From NCBI GenBank assembly GCA_964035545.1, contig OZ037771.1:6791190-6855189 (forward strand): DNA of 64,000 bases. Direction: 5' to 3'. Every line of letters begins with the position of its first letter. The stretch's first letter is position 1. Below the pieces are notes generated by a model. It saw only the letters and a list, made by a program, of their open reading frames with translations, ran no database searches and had not been told where the DNA came from. Of the stretch, positions 50,116 to 61,681 are shown piece after piece. The position numbers and the translations under genes were made by a program. This DNA comes from Bugula neritina. Lineage: Eukaryota > Animalia > Bryozoa.

Positions 50116-51899
50116 TATGTAAAATATAGGTAACATATACTACTTTTCTCCCCTAAGCTACATTTCAATTTTCCTTCATATCCTAATACTGTTACTGAAA
50201 TACTCAAAGTGCTTTGACAATAAATCTAACTTGTTTTAAATGAGTTGCCCTCTTTCTATAGAACTCACTATGACAAGTTTATTTAAAGCCATCAGAAATG
50301 TAAGCAGTTATGTATTCATTAATGGTTTTTTACATTATGATTATGGTGTAGTTGTACCATATGCAGAAAAAAGTGGTCTTTTTCAACACAGGCCACATTA
50401 TAGATGCATCATGTGTTCAGAGGCATATGAAGTTTTGCGTGATTTGGACTCAAATATTGCATGTGTCATAATTCTCATGTGACCCTACGGCCTACCCTAA
50501 GGGTTAAACTTTAACATATCACCCTGACTCTAGCGTTCCTCTACTTTTCCTCCGTGCGTTGCGGTATTATTACGTTTTGTTCTTTGTATACAAGTGTGCG
50601 CGATGTAACTACAAGTTGACAAGTTCAAACTTTCGTGCACGCGTGTGGACTGGAGTTATCAGAATTAATGCTGAAAGTGAATGTGCTTTTAGTATGCCTA
50701 CCACGAAATTAGTTTGGTATCACCTTGCTTTCTGAACCCGTTTTAATCTAATATTTTCCATTGTTGATGCCTGGGTCAATAATGAATAATATAAATCATA
50801 ATTATAATTAATATTGATCATATTGATATTTATTATGATTATGCTAATTCTGAAATTTGAAAATGAATTTGATATTGAATTTCATATTTATATTACTATT
50901 ATTACATTCAGTATTACTAGGTCTAGTGCAACTATTACTATTAGTATTACTATTAGTATTTACTTTTGTCGCTTCGAATTTCAGTCTTCGTGAAACCTAA
51001 ACTAAAAGTAAATATTATTTATAATTATATATTTATATTAATAATTATAATAATAATAATATTAAATAGTAAAATACTAATAGTAATAGTAATACTGATA
51101 CAGTGATATTCATAGTGGTACTTCAACTTGAAGACGAAAGTGAATTACTATTCAGTATTCAATATTCACCAAACTGAAACTAAAAGTAAATCAAATGCAA
51201 TAATATTATTATTACTATTAGTATTAGTGTTAGTATTAGTATTACAGTTACTATAACTATAAGTATAACTATTACACTTACAGTATGAGTATCAGTATCG
51301 CTATCACCGATAGCATCGGTTTGAGTATTGATATTACTATTAGTATTAGGCATACCATCACCATGACCCTCGCAGTCACACTCACTCTAACTACTATAGT
51401 GTTTTGATTGACTCATAGTCATAGTGATAGTGATGTAATAGTCATACTCGTACTCATAGTAACTCTAAGTCTAAGTTATTATAATTATGTGTTCCTCTTT
51501 CACTTGTTTTATCTCTGTTTGCGTTGTTGTATGGTGACCGGTCAGTTGGAGTTTTCATTTTGGAGTAATTAATGTAATAAGTATACAACTAACTTATGAG
51601 CAAAATTTAGTAGTGGTTTATAATAGCTATTACTTCAAGTATGTCACCAAATTAAAGTTTAAATAAAAAATTAAAGCGCATCAATAAAAACCAATAATAC
51701 ATTCAATAGATTCTAGACATCATGAAGTAAATTATTGAATAATTATTTTGGAAAACTGTTGTGATTATAGAGTCAGCATCCTTTTTTAGTTTTATAATAA
51801 CTTAAATTTGATGAGTAATTAAGTAGAGCTGTTACTGTGACTTGTTGTTGGTTTATAAATCTTAGTCTTGGTGTTTTAGAAGTGCTATAAGCAGAGAAG

Positions 51900-54800
51900 A
51901 TGGGCAAAGCCTCGGACACTTCTGGACTGTACTCCATCTTTGTTGGAAACCTCAGCAAACAAACCACTAGGGTAACAAATTGATATTGATAATTGAAATT
52001 TTTTTTTCATAAGATTATAGTTATGCTAGGATTAGCTACATGTGTAGCTGTTACATTTACTGCACGTTATTTGTGATATATTTTTTCTATTTAGTCTTTG
52101 CTTTACTCCATGGCTCATCATCAACACACTGATCTATCGCTATATTAATGAGTCAACACCTAAACTTGATGTTATAACATTGGAAGTGAAAAGATTGGCT
52201 TGCTTGCTTTGCTATTAGTACAAATCATTTTTAGTTTTGGGATATCACAGTATGAAATAGGATAGATGAATATGAGTTCCAGTATTCGAACTCTAAAACA
52301 TATATTAGGTGATGACTTAGTTAGACTACTGCTAATATTATGTTTAATATGTCTTTTAATAATTATGATAGCATAAATGAAAAAAAAAACTGAAGGTTAG
52401 TTGAGATTTAAAGTTGACACACTTCCTTTATGCAGTATCAAAATATCCATATATCTCTTAGCTATCACCTACAAACTGAGTGAGAGTTGAAGCCCCAAGC
52501 AAATTATGTTAGTAATAACTTTTGTTCTTATATTGATGGCATTTTAGTTTGGCTCTGAAGTATGTGATATTATAAAACCAGTTGCATGCTATTCTTAGCT
52601 GCTGCAACACACAGCTTAATCGCTGAGCTGGCTTAAAAGTTCATAGTTTAAACTTTGAAATCAACTACATGTTTCAGTAACCAAACTCTACCCTATGGAT
52701 TTGCATAATATTTTTACAAACATCAAACTCAACTTATTTAAAACTCCTTTTTTGTAGTCGGAACTTGAAGCACTATTTGTCCAGTATGGAACTCCCAAAA
52801 AAGTGTATATTGCTGATTTGTGTTCACCTCTGCTACACACTTACGGGTTTGTTGATGGAGGTTATGTGTCAACATGATATTTTACATGCCTTCACCTCAG
52901 TGTATTACATGAAAATTGATATGTAATTTTGTTCCATAGTTTTGGTTTGTAGACAAATCTGAGTGAGCTTTTTTATGTAAAATTTACTCATGTGTTCATG
53001 TGGTGTACATGGGGCAGACAACTCCAATACTAGTATGCAAACCTCTCAATTATCCAAAGTTTAAGATCAACTTTCTTTAATAATTTGTCTGCTAACTTTA
53101 TCTTATGTTATGGTGCAGGTTTGTCAGATTTATTCTGAAAGAAAGTGCGATAAATGCGGTGACGGAAATGAATGGCTATGTACACAGAGGTATGAAGTTA
53201 CGAGTGGAAATCAGCAGCGAAAATCCTAAGAAGTTGATCTCCCCTGCAGATTCTGATTATTTCAGTTAGTTGTCAATTTAACAGCTGAAGTGTTAGGTGG
53301 AGGGCTAAACTTTCATTTTAAACGTTTTTTATTAATGGATTTCATACATTTCAAGAGATACGTCATAATAGACTTAAGAATATATCATTTAATAGGTGTA
53401 TAAGCCAATGGTAGACGTTACAGTGTGATACTTTGGGATGAGATAATGTATATATTCAAAAATAATAATTGAAATGTGGGTTCACTAAACATCTTGGTGT
53501 TGCTTTTAATGTAATAAATGTACTGCCAAAGTTTATTTTCTAATTCTAGCATGGGCAGTCAGTAGCAGCTGGGGGGATAACTTGTAGTGAGTTGCGAACT
53601 TATTCCAATAAATTGTGAATATTTAAGATAAAATTAAAGAAAGCAATTGCCTTCTCACCTTCTCTTGCTATCTTTGAGTTTAAGCTGTTGTTAGTAAAAT
53701 ATATATTTGATAGAAACAAAGAGACATTTTCTTGCTCAGGTTTTAGTGGTGCTAGCTCACAGCAAATGCTGTTAAGAAGTGTGCTTCTACATGTAGTTCT
53801 TAATACACTGGTTTAAAAACTAAACTGGGAGAATGTATTTCTCTAGTTTACTGGAAACAGGTGTGAAATGCCCTGCTATTCCATTTTAGGGGTATATAAT
53901 AATATAACTTCGTGATCGATGTGACTTTATGCAAGTTTTTTAAAAGTTACTTTATTTATTTAACAGAAGAAAGAAAGTTGAGAGAGGACCTGGAGAAGGA
54001 CCAGGCGAATTCAATGAAGCTGCTTGCTCTAAAACTAGCCGTGAGAAATCACAACCTTGACATAGCAGGTATCTGTCATAGACTCTGCGTGCTTGTTGTT
54101 TCCCACACTGATAATTCAAGTATGGGTATATAATTTATACTAAACAGCTGAGGAATTGCTAGGCGCAGCACTGAGTTGAGGATGACCAAGTGCAGTGATG
54201 CTCAACTGCTGCGCTAAGTGACCCCAACTCAGTGCTGCTCCAAGCGATTCCCAAACAGCTGTATGTATTGCTACCAGGAGCATATATCCAGACATCCTTA
54301 GCTCTGTAAAGTCTCAATTTGCGGTTGGCTCACTCAGTATTGATAAGCAGGCATCACATTAAATTCCTTATATTGTAGCAAAGGTAATGGTAAATTACAG
54401 GTACGTCAGTGTGGTAAGCCAGGCTTAGCTGTGCAAGTTGGCCATTTTGGAAATTATGTTACCTTAACATGGCAATACTGACCAGATTCTAGTTCCTGAA
54501 CTTTCTATGACTAAACCTGGTTTATAATGTGTGTCCGGCTTTTACCTAATTCCATATGATTTGGTCTGGCAGCTATAATCTTTATAATTTATCTTTTTAG
54601 CAATAGAGGTGTTTCTGCTGTTTTGCTATATATACTTGTTTACTATTATCATATATCGCTTCAACTGCAATTTCTCCTGGCTTCATCACATAATGTGGCT
54701 GCATGCCTTTCCAGAGCATTGAATACCAACTCTAAATGGGTGTCACAAGCTAGAGTTAACCAAACTGCACTATTAGTATTTAGTGTTCGCACCAGATATG

Positions 54801-57800
54801 TTCAAGTGATGAAGTTCATTCGTAGTCCCAATTTTTCTGGCATTCAACATAAAGCGGATGTTTTTAGGACACTAATATATTTTAAAGGCTTATGATGTAT
54901 AGGATTTTGACAATAGTGTAACAATGTTGAGTATAGGAGAGAGAATGCTTACATGTGAAATTTTATCTATTCAACCAAAACCTGATTCCCCTTCAGTATG
55001 CTGCCTTATTACTGTCTGCACAACCAGATTGTAGTTTTTTAGTTGATTAAATTTGAAGATTCCAAGATAATAAATTTGCTTACTAATTTTCCTACACCAA
55101 CAGAATGTTGTTTTCATGTGCCCTATATATTGCTTTCTGCACACTGCTTTGCTGTGTGATGTTAATCTTCAACCAACATTGATTTTGCATGTCTTGAGTG
55201 TGATTTGCTAGTGGTCTGTTTATACCCTGGAATATGTTTGAATTTACGTAAGGCTAGCCTCAACAGGTTCAATAATGTCAGCTGAAATATGCTACAATAT
55301 CATTATATCTTCTACAATACCATTATATCTTCTACAATACCATATCTTCTACAATACCATTATATCTTCTACATTATCATTATATCTTCTACAATATCAT
55401 TATATCTGCTACATTATCATTATATCTTCTACAATATCATTATATCTGCTACAATATCATTATATCTTCTACAATATCATGTCTGCTACAATATCATTAT
55501 ATCTACTACAATACCATTATATCTAATACAATACCATTATATCTGCTACAATATCATTATATCTGCTACAATACCATTATATCTTCTACAATATCATTAT
55601 ATCTGCTACAATACCATTATATCTGCTACAATATCATTATATCTGCTACAATACCATTATATCTGCTACAATGCCATTATATCTGCTACAATACCATTAT
55701 ATCTGCTACATTTGTAATGTTATTACAGATCACCCGTCAGTTAATTGCAATGAGCTGATCTCAAAACTTGCCACAATGAAAGTGAAGCTGCCAGCTGTCG
55801 TTCGAGCTGACTTCAAATCCAGTGATGCCTCACTACTGAAGGAGCTGCCGGAGACCTGGTCAGACGCTGCTGCAAGGTACAAACTAAATGCTGACGAACC
55901 AACAGATCAGCCCTTCAGTGTGTCTGCTTATCATTTCCGCAGTTTACTGAGTAAATGAGAAGGCAACTCTTTACATAATTCTACATTTTGTGTTTTGTAG
56001 AAAACCTCTGGGCCAGTTTGAAGAGATGTCCTCTTATGGCATACCCTGGCTGCAGTCCCTCTCCCTGGCATCGTCTGGCGAGTTACATTCAGTTCCTGCT
56101 GCCAGTTCACTGCAACCGGTGAAACAAACTAACACTGCTGACCCTTCACTTGTCGCTAAGGTAATGTTCTCACAGCAGGTGGTGTTTGTATGCATGGGTT
56201 AAGGCAGCCGTTTGTAGGGAATCTGTTACACCAAAAAAGCAGTTTTTGTTTTGGTGTGGAAATCAGCACCTCTTCAGATTATCTAAGTGAGACCAAAATC
56301 ACGTTCTGGGAACTCTTTCTCTCTATGATAGATCACAGGGTAGGCTGACAGAAGTACCTGGCTAATATGTGACAGTAAAGTAATACACAGATCAGCAATA
56401 GAATAATCTGTAGCCCAGCACTACTGGTATACATATCTTACTTACATACTGTTGGTTCTTATAGTTCGCCCAGCACAATCATGCTGTACCACTTCATGCT
56501 CGGAAAGTACCACCAAGTCACCATAAAGTACCACCAAGTCACCGTGAAGTACCACCAAGTCACTATAAAGTACCGCCAAGTCACCATAAAGTACCACCAA
56601 GTCACCGTGAAGTACCACCAAGTCACTATAAAGTACCGCCAAGTCACCATAAAGTACCACCAAGTCACCATGAAGTACCACCAAATCACCATAAAGTACC
56701 ACCAAGTCACCATGAAGTACCACCAAGTCACCATAAAGTACCACCAACTGACCACAGTATTCCAGATATATTAATGGACCACCAGTCACCTTCTACTAGT
56801 GGTATGCTTGTTTATACCCACAACATACTTGTGTCACTGTTTCTAGTGTATTGTTCTATATAGTGTAGTGAAATACAGTAGTTGGTGGTTTTCATGCAAT
56901 TATTTGTTATTGCATTCAATTATTGTTTTTAAGATTTGTGTATGTTTTATGCCCCTTGACTTTGTCAGCCATGAATATTCAGTAGAGAGACAGTGTAATG
57001 GGAAAGGGGGTATCTGTAGGCCCCTCTTGTGTCTCTGCTGTTGGAAAGTATACTATTTGCCAGTGGGGTGGGCCTATTACCTAGCCATGTATGTCAGGTG
57101 TTGGTGTAACATATCTGTGTGCTGCAGGTTATTTCTCCAGCTGCGGTGATTTATCTGAGCTGTCGTGCATCTCGCCATCACCCTCGACATCTCCCCTCTC
57201 TAAGTCAGCAGTGCAGGTGGAGAAACTGAACCCCTGTTCTATTGTCTGTCCCCCTCCACTCCCTGCCTCTTCACACAGGAGACCACAAGGCAGTTTCAGT
57301 CAGCTACCAGGACCACCCATGATGCCCGACACATTAGGTGAGCCGGCTGAACTTGGTGCTTGTGGCCAGCTGATTAGGCAGAGACATAACTGGAAAACTG
57401 ATCCCCAACAAGCTTGGCGTAGACCAAATACTCAGGGGCAAAATAACCAAGGGCCAAACAGCCATGGACAAGATAATTGGGGCCCGTGCTATAAAAGTAC
57501 AGATGCAGGATATTTCAGTGATTCATACAATACTTCTGGTCAGGGCAGACCGTTAACTCAGCCCTTCAATTGTACACCTACACCAGTAAGGTTCTACCCA
57601 AATCATTCTAGTCCTTTCAACAGACCTAGTACAACTATGAAGGTGCCAAAAGCAGCTGATGCTAAGGGTAATAATTAAATGCTAGTATCTTTTGAATGTA
57701 AAAAATTATTTTCCTACCTTGCATCAGTGTCTCATGTACAGTATACATACTCGGCCAATGTGCAGTACATCCTAGAGTTATTCTGTGCGTTATTGCGATT

Positions 57801-57914
57801 ATCAAAATTTCCTTCGTGAGGCTGCTTTGTAAATGTATTGCAAGTGAGCATATTGTGGATATTTTAGCTCCTTGTGGCCGGGGATATAAGATACTTCAAA
57901 CTCTTATGAATTAA
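51900..57914 (+). CDS. RRM-domain RNA-binding protein with a His/Pro heptad-repeat exon and a low-complexity C-terminus (~546 aa, 9 coding exons)
   Basis: Exons 51900-51971, 52758-52846, 53119-53264, 53967-54068, 55729-55876, 56001-56160, 56465-56801, 57128-57667, 57868-57914. All are GT-AG and phase-compatible (1641 nt). RNP2 IFVGNL, RNP1 TYGFVRF and the A..AV..MNG...G..LRV signature are present. An in-frame TAA lies just upstream of the ATG. The last exon is less certain; the alternative is a stop at 57678. Confidence 0.8.
54145..54261. repeat. 117-bp foldback (imperfect palindrome) in an RRM gene intron
   Basis: cagctgaggaattgctaggcgcagcactgagttgagg pairs with ccccaactcagtgctgctccaagcgattcccaaacagctg. 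Confidence 0.7.
55292..55710. repeat. Intronic minisatellite, 20-bp unit (ctacaataccattatatctg), ~21 copies
   Basis: Direct inspection; it ends ~18 nt before the acceptor at 55728. Confidence 0.95.
56507..56758 (+). repeat. Coding minisatellite, 21-bp unit (gtaccaccaagtcaccataaa = VPPSHHK), ~12 copies
   Basis: Lies within phase-bridging exon 56465-56801 of the RRM gene. Confidence 0.9.
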
Positions 57915-58328
57915 TATGATTGGATGATCAAGAGTAAGCGGAAGGATTCCCTGAAACTATGCATCAGATGGGCCTACAACTCCGCACCTCATTAAACTGG
58001 ATCTCAATATTTTGTAAATACGAGTTAGCCCTGATTGGATGACCTCTGTCACCATGGCAACTCAACATGTTCTTCCTTCAAGATGTGTACAAAAGGATCA
58101 AAGCAGTTTGTAAATTTTAATATTACCTGTAAAAAGTACTTCAAAGGTTTTTTGTGTGAAACTTACATGGTGTAAAAAAATGCACTGTTCTTAGCAGTTG
58201 CCGAATGCCTTTATAGTACCATATAGTAATATATTTAATTTTATGTTCAGTTAGTATAGAATTATAATAATAATTTTTTATTTCTAGTTAGTATAGAGTT
58301 ATTTTCATGTATCGCTTGTTTTTTTGCT

Positions 58329-58334
58329 AATAAA
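58329..58334 (+). promoter_or_regulatory. Probable polyadenylation signal of the RRM gene
   Basis: AATAAA about 415 nt after the predicted stop, following an AT-rich 3' UTR. Confidence 0.45.
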
Positions 58335-58647
58335 GATTCAAAATAGTAAAATGAATTTCTATTGATACTAGAGAGTCTGGTATAAGTCACATGGTAACTA
58401 GAAACCTCTTTTTAGGTTTGCATAGCTTAGTAATCCCAACAACTTGCTGTATTTAAACCCAGTACAGACATACAAAGGCTCTATTTTTTCCGCATTCAAG
58501 GTTTTAGGATTGTCATTAACATAACATAGGATACTCTCCCCATTTTAGTATTTGAAATTTAAAAAGTGTTTGGCATTAATTGCACCTAATAGCTGTATGC
58601 ATTGACTCGGAAGATGAAAATTACCATGACCCGTATAGCAACTCTGG

Positions 58648-59098
58648 CTGCAATGTACACAGGTGGTGTGTCTGCAATGTACACAGGTGGTGTGTCTGCA
58701 GTGTACGCAGGTGGTGTGTCTGCAATATACACAGGTGGTGTGTCTGCAGTGTACACAGGTGGTGTGTCTGCAGTGTACACAGGTAGTGTGTCTGCAGTGT
58801 ACACAGGTGGTGTGTCTGCAGTGTACACAGGTGGTGTGTCTGCAATATACACAGGTGGTGTGTCTGCAATGTACACAGGTGGTGTGTCTGCAATATACAC
58901 AGGTGGTGTGTCTGCAATGTACACAGTACACAGGTGGTGCGTCTGCAATGTACACAGGTGGTGTGTCTGCAGTGTACGCAGGTGGTGTGTCTGCAATGTA
59001 CACAGGTGGAGTGTCTGCAATGTACGCAGGTGGTGTGTCTGCAATGTACGCAGGTGGTGTGTCTGCAATATACACAGGTGGAGTGTCTGCAATATACA
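58648..59098. repeat. Minisatellite, 24-bp unit (ctgcaatgtacacaggtggtgtgt), ~18 copies
   Basis: Direct inspection; it accounts for the overlapping repetitive ORFs in all frames. Confidence 0.95.
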
Positions 59099-59282
59099 TG
59101 GCCTTCAACATATCCCAAACCATAACACAACTATTTTTGTAGATATTAAAGCTGCTCGATAATAAGCTTCTAATTATTTTCCTATTTTTATCAAAGGAAA
59201 GACAACTTCATAATTAGCATGCTAAGAACATAAATACAGTCTGTAATCACAGTGATAAAGAACAATGTGTTTATTTAGAGTA

Positions 59283-59628
59283 AGCCTAGGGCCACACGGT
59301 GCGTATTTTCGCATGCGAAAATTGAAATCACAAATAGCAAAGGTGTCCACTGTAGCGTCAGTGATGCGTGATAAATAAAGCTTTCATTTTTAAATCGCAC
59401 TCGCTTTCAATAGAACGCAATTTGCTGGAATGTAGCACTAAACTAAAGAAATTGGGCTCGCTGAATAGCTACCAGCCAATTAGGTGACGATGACAGAGAC
59501 GATTCGCACTTGTCGCTCAGCATTTTCAACGCAAGTGCGAACGTTTTCTCAACGCGCACAGTGGACACCTTTGCTACTTGTGATTTCAATTTTCGCATGC
59601 GAAAATACGCACCGTGTGGCCCTAGGCT
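59283..59628. mobile_element. Young MITE, 346 bp, ~70-bp near-perfect TIRs
   Basis: AGCCTAGGGCCACACGGTGCGTATTTTCGCATGCGAAAATTGAAATCACAA...GGTGTCCACTG is mirrored at the right end with one mismatch; TA on both flanks. Confidence 0.85.
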
Positions 59629-60566
59629 TACTTGTCAGCCGATAGTTTATTCTGGTCGAGTTGAACAATATATTGTTGTCTGTCACAGATTGAGAATGAC
59701 TGCCAGATTATGACATAGGAAATAAGGCATGCAATGCACTAAGTCCACATCACGGCTACACAGCCATCCTGTTTACTAGTTATTATAATATTATTACTAA
59801 TAAAGGTACCTACAATATGGGTGCAAAGGATACCCTGTCATTCCAAGTAGTTGCTTACAGCATTCAACATAACTTAACTTGCAAAGTTAGCTACTGTGTA
59901 ATGGTGACAAGTATATAAGCAACAAGTCCGGGGAAAAAACCGATAGCCAAAACAGTAGAATTGCAACCTGCATAATCGAAAGAAGCATTTTGAATGGTTT
60001 TATGTGCGTTTTTGATGTACTTTTATTGTCAGTTCAGCCTGCAATAAGACCAGGATATGTTAGTTTTTCTGTAATGCAAATCACTGCCCAGAAAATCTAC
60101 ATTTACAATATAAAACCCTACAGTGATATCCTAAAACCTCTAACAACTTCATAAACAAAATTTGAGCGAAGCAAACAATCTGAGATTCTGAAAAAACTCA
60201 GTTGATATCTCGCTAAAAAAAGTCATAATGAAAAAGTATAAGCCAATGTTTCTATTGGATAGGCAGTAGCCATTTATACAGGTAACATATTTGCCCAGTG
60301 TCAACAATAAGAATCTAATGAATGGTTTTATCAAGTATTATTATTGTACATGAGAAATAGTAATATGCTGGTAGGTGTAATACTGCCTAGACACATTGTA
60401 GAAATACTATATGTCTCTATAAGTGGCTATGCACATACAAAGACATATAGCAAGAGTTACAGGTTACACTTTCTGTGTGCTGGTGTTTTGACTATAATGT
60501 AAGTACTTCTACTATAATAATGCAAGTTCTTTAATTATAATACTTTAAGTACCTGTGACTATACTA

Positions 60567-60757
60567 CACAAAGCTTATAATCACTTCTCCTGTGAGACCC
60601 ACTGATGGAAAGGGGCTAAGGACTTATTCAAGTGTGACACAGGAGCAATTATGACTAGATGCTCTTTCTAACATCACCAATGGTCTTTACTTGGGATCGG
60701 AACCCATGACTTCGGGTTGGTAATAAGCCAAACACTCTAACCCCTAGACCACGGCTA
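60567..60757 (-). mobile_element. tRNA-derived SINE (family 1)
   Basis: The reverse complement reads agccgtggtctaggggttagagtgtttggc..catgggttccgatccc..accattggtgatgttagaaagagcatc. Confidence 0.8.
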
Positions 60758-61681
60758 GTTTCTTGCGATTATAAAACGGTAAATAATTTTTAATACTATA
60801 ATGTAGGGGGCCAGTGAGGTGCAGTGGTAAAAGAATTGGTCTCCTGAGGTTTATGCCATGGGTTTGAATCCCAACAGGATAGTTGGTAACATTAAACTAT
60901 GACCTATAGTAAGGAAGCTCTTAATGTCATTAATTTGGTCTTTTACAGGAATGGATACTTTGAACAAATCTTAGTTCCTTTGACTATAATGTGATTATTT
61001 CTACTTTTATAAGTAATTCCATGACTGAAGGCTGTATAAATAGTCTTTGGTGGTCAGAAGTAAATATAAATAAAAAACTCTGTAATTCATCATGACTATG
61101 ACAATTACCAATTAGAAAATTCACAGTAGATCATTAACAATTAACGAATAAAAATTGACATTGAGCAATTGACTTAATTAAATTCAGCTGTTGATTACTC
61201 ATTAGCAGTTGAATAACTTTTATTAGCGAAGCTCATTATACAATAAACACACATGCATAAATATTTTAAAGTCTCCATTCCAAGCTCATATATGATGCAA
61301 TACTATACATAAATTTTGTTTAAGTTCTCTGCTCTCTTAAATTACTTTTACTAGCAATAATTGACTTGAAGTTACAGAATACGACATTAACAATTCTCCA
61401 GTAATAATGAGATTGAACACACCAATGGCGTTGGTATTCGAAAGGTCAAAGCAGGGTGAGAAACTGTCCAATGATCTGCCAAAGCGCAGTGTAAAAGTTG
61501 AAGCATGAACTACCCCACACCAGAGTAAATGAACCTTTGTCGCAGTAGCACTTCGGTTCAACCGATCAGCTTAATTTAAGCACTTTTGTCAGCCGCTTTT
61601 AATAACAACAGGCAGCACCACAAAACATAGGAATTGGGCTGTAAGAGTAATAGAAACCTGTAGCACTTTGAACGTCAAAAA

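Noticed and set aside
55275-55717. ORFs with LLQYHYI / YNIIISAT repeats
   Set aside because: Translation of an intronic 20-bp minisatellite whose unit is not a multiple of 3; the flanking exons join in phase without it.
56442-56789. Listed ORFs over the 21-bp repeat (GDLVVLY, VTWWYF, KYHQVT frames)
   Set aside because: Wrong strand or frame; only the unlisted VPPSHHK frame fits the splice sites and phases of the RRM gene.
58545-59162. Long ORFs in all six frames (CVHCRHTT, YTGGVSA, TLQTHHL repeats) resembling metallothionein-like or repetitive proteins
   Set aside because: They are by-products of a stop-free 24-bp minisatellite downstream of the poly(A) signal, with no supporting splice or promoter context.
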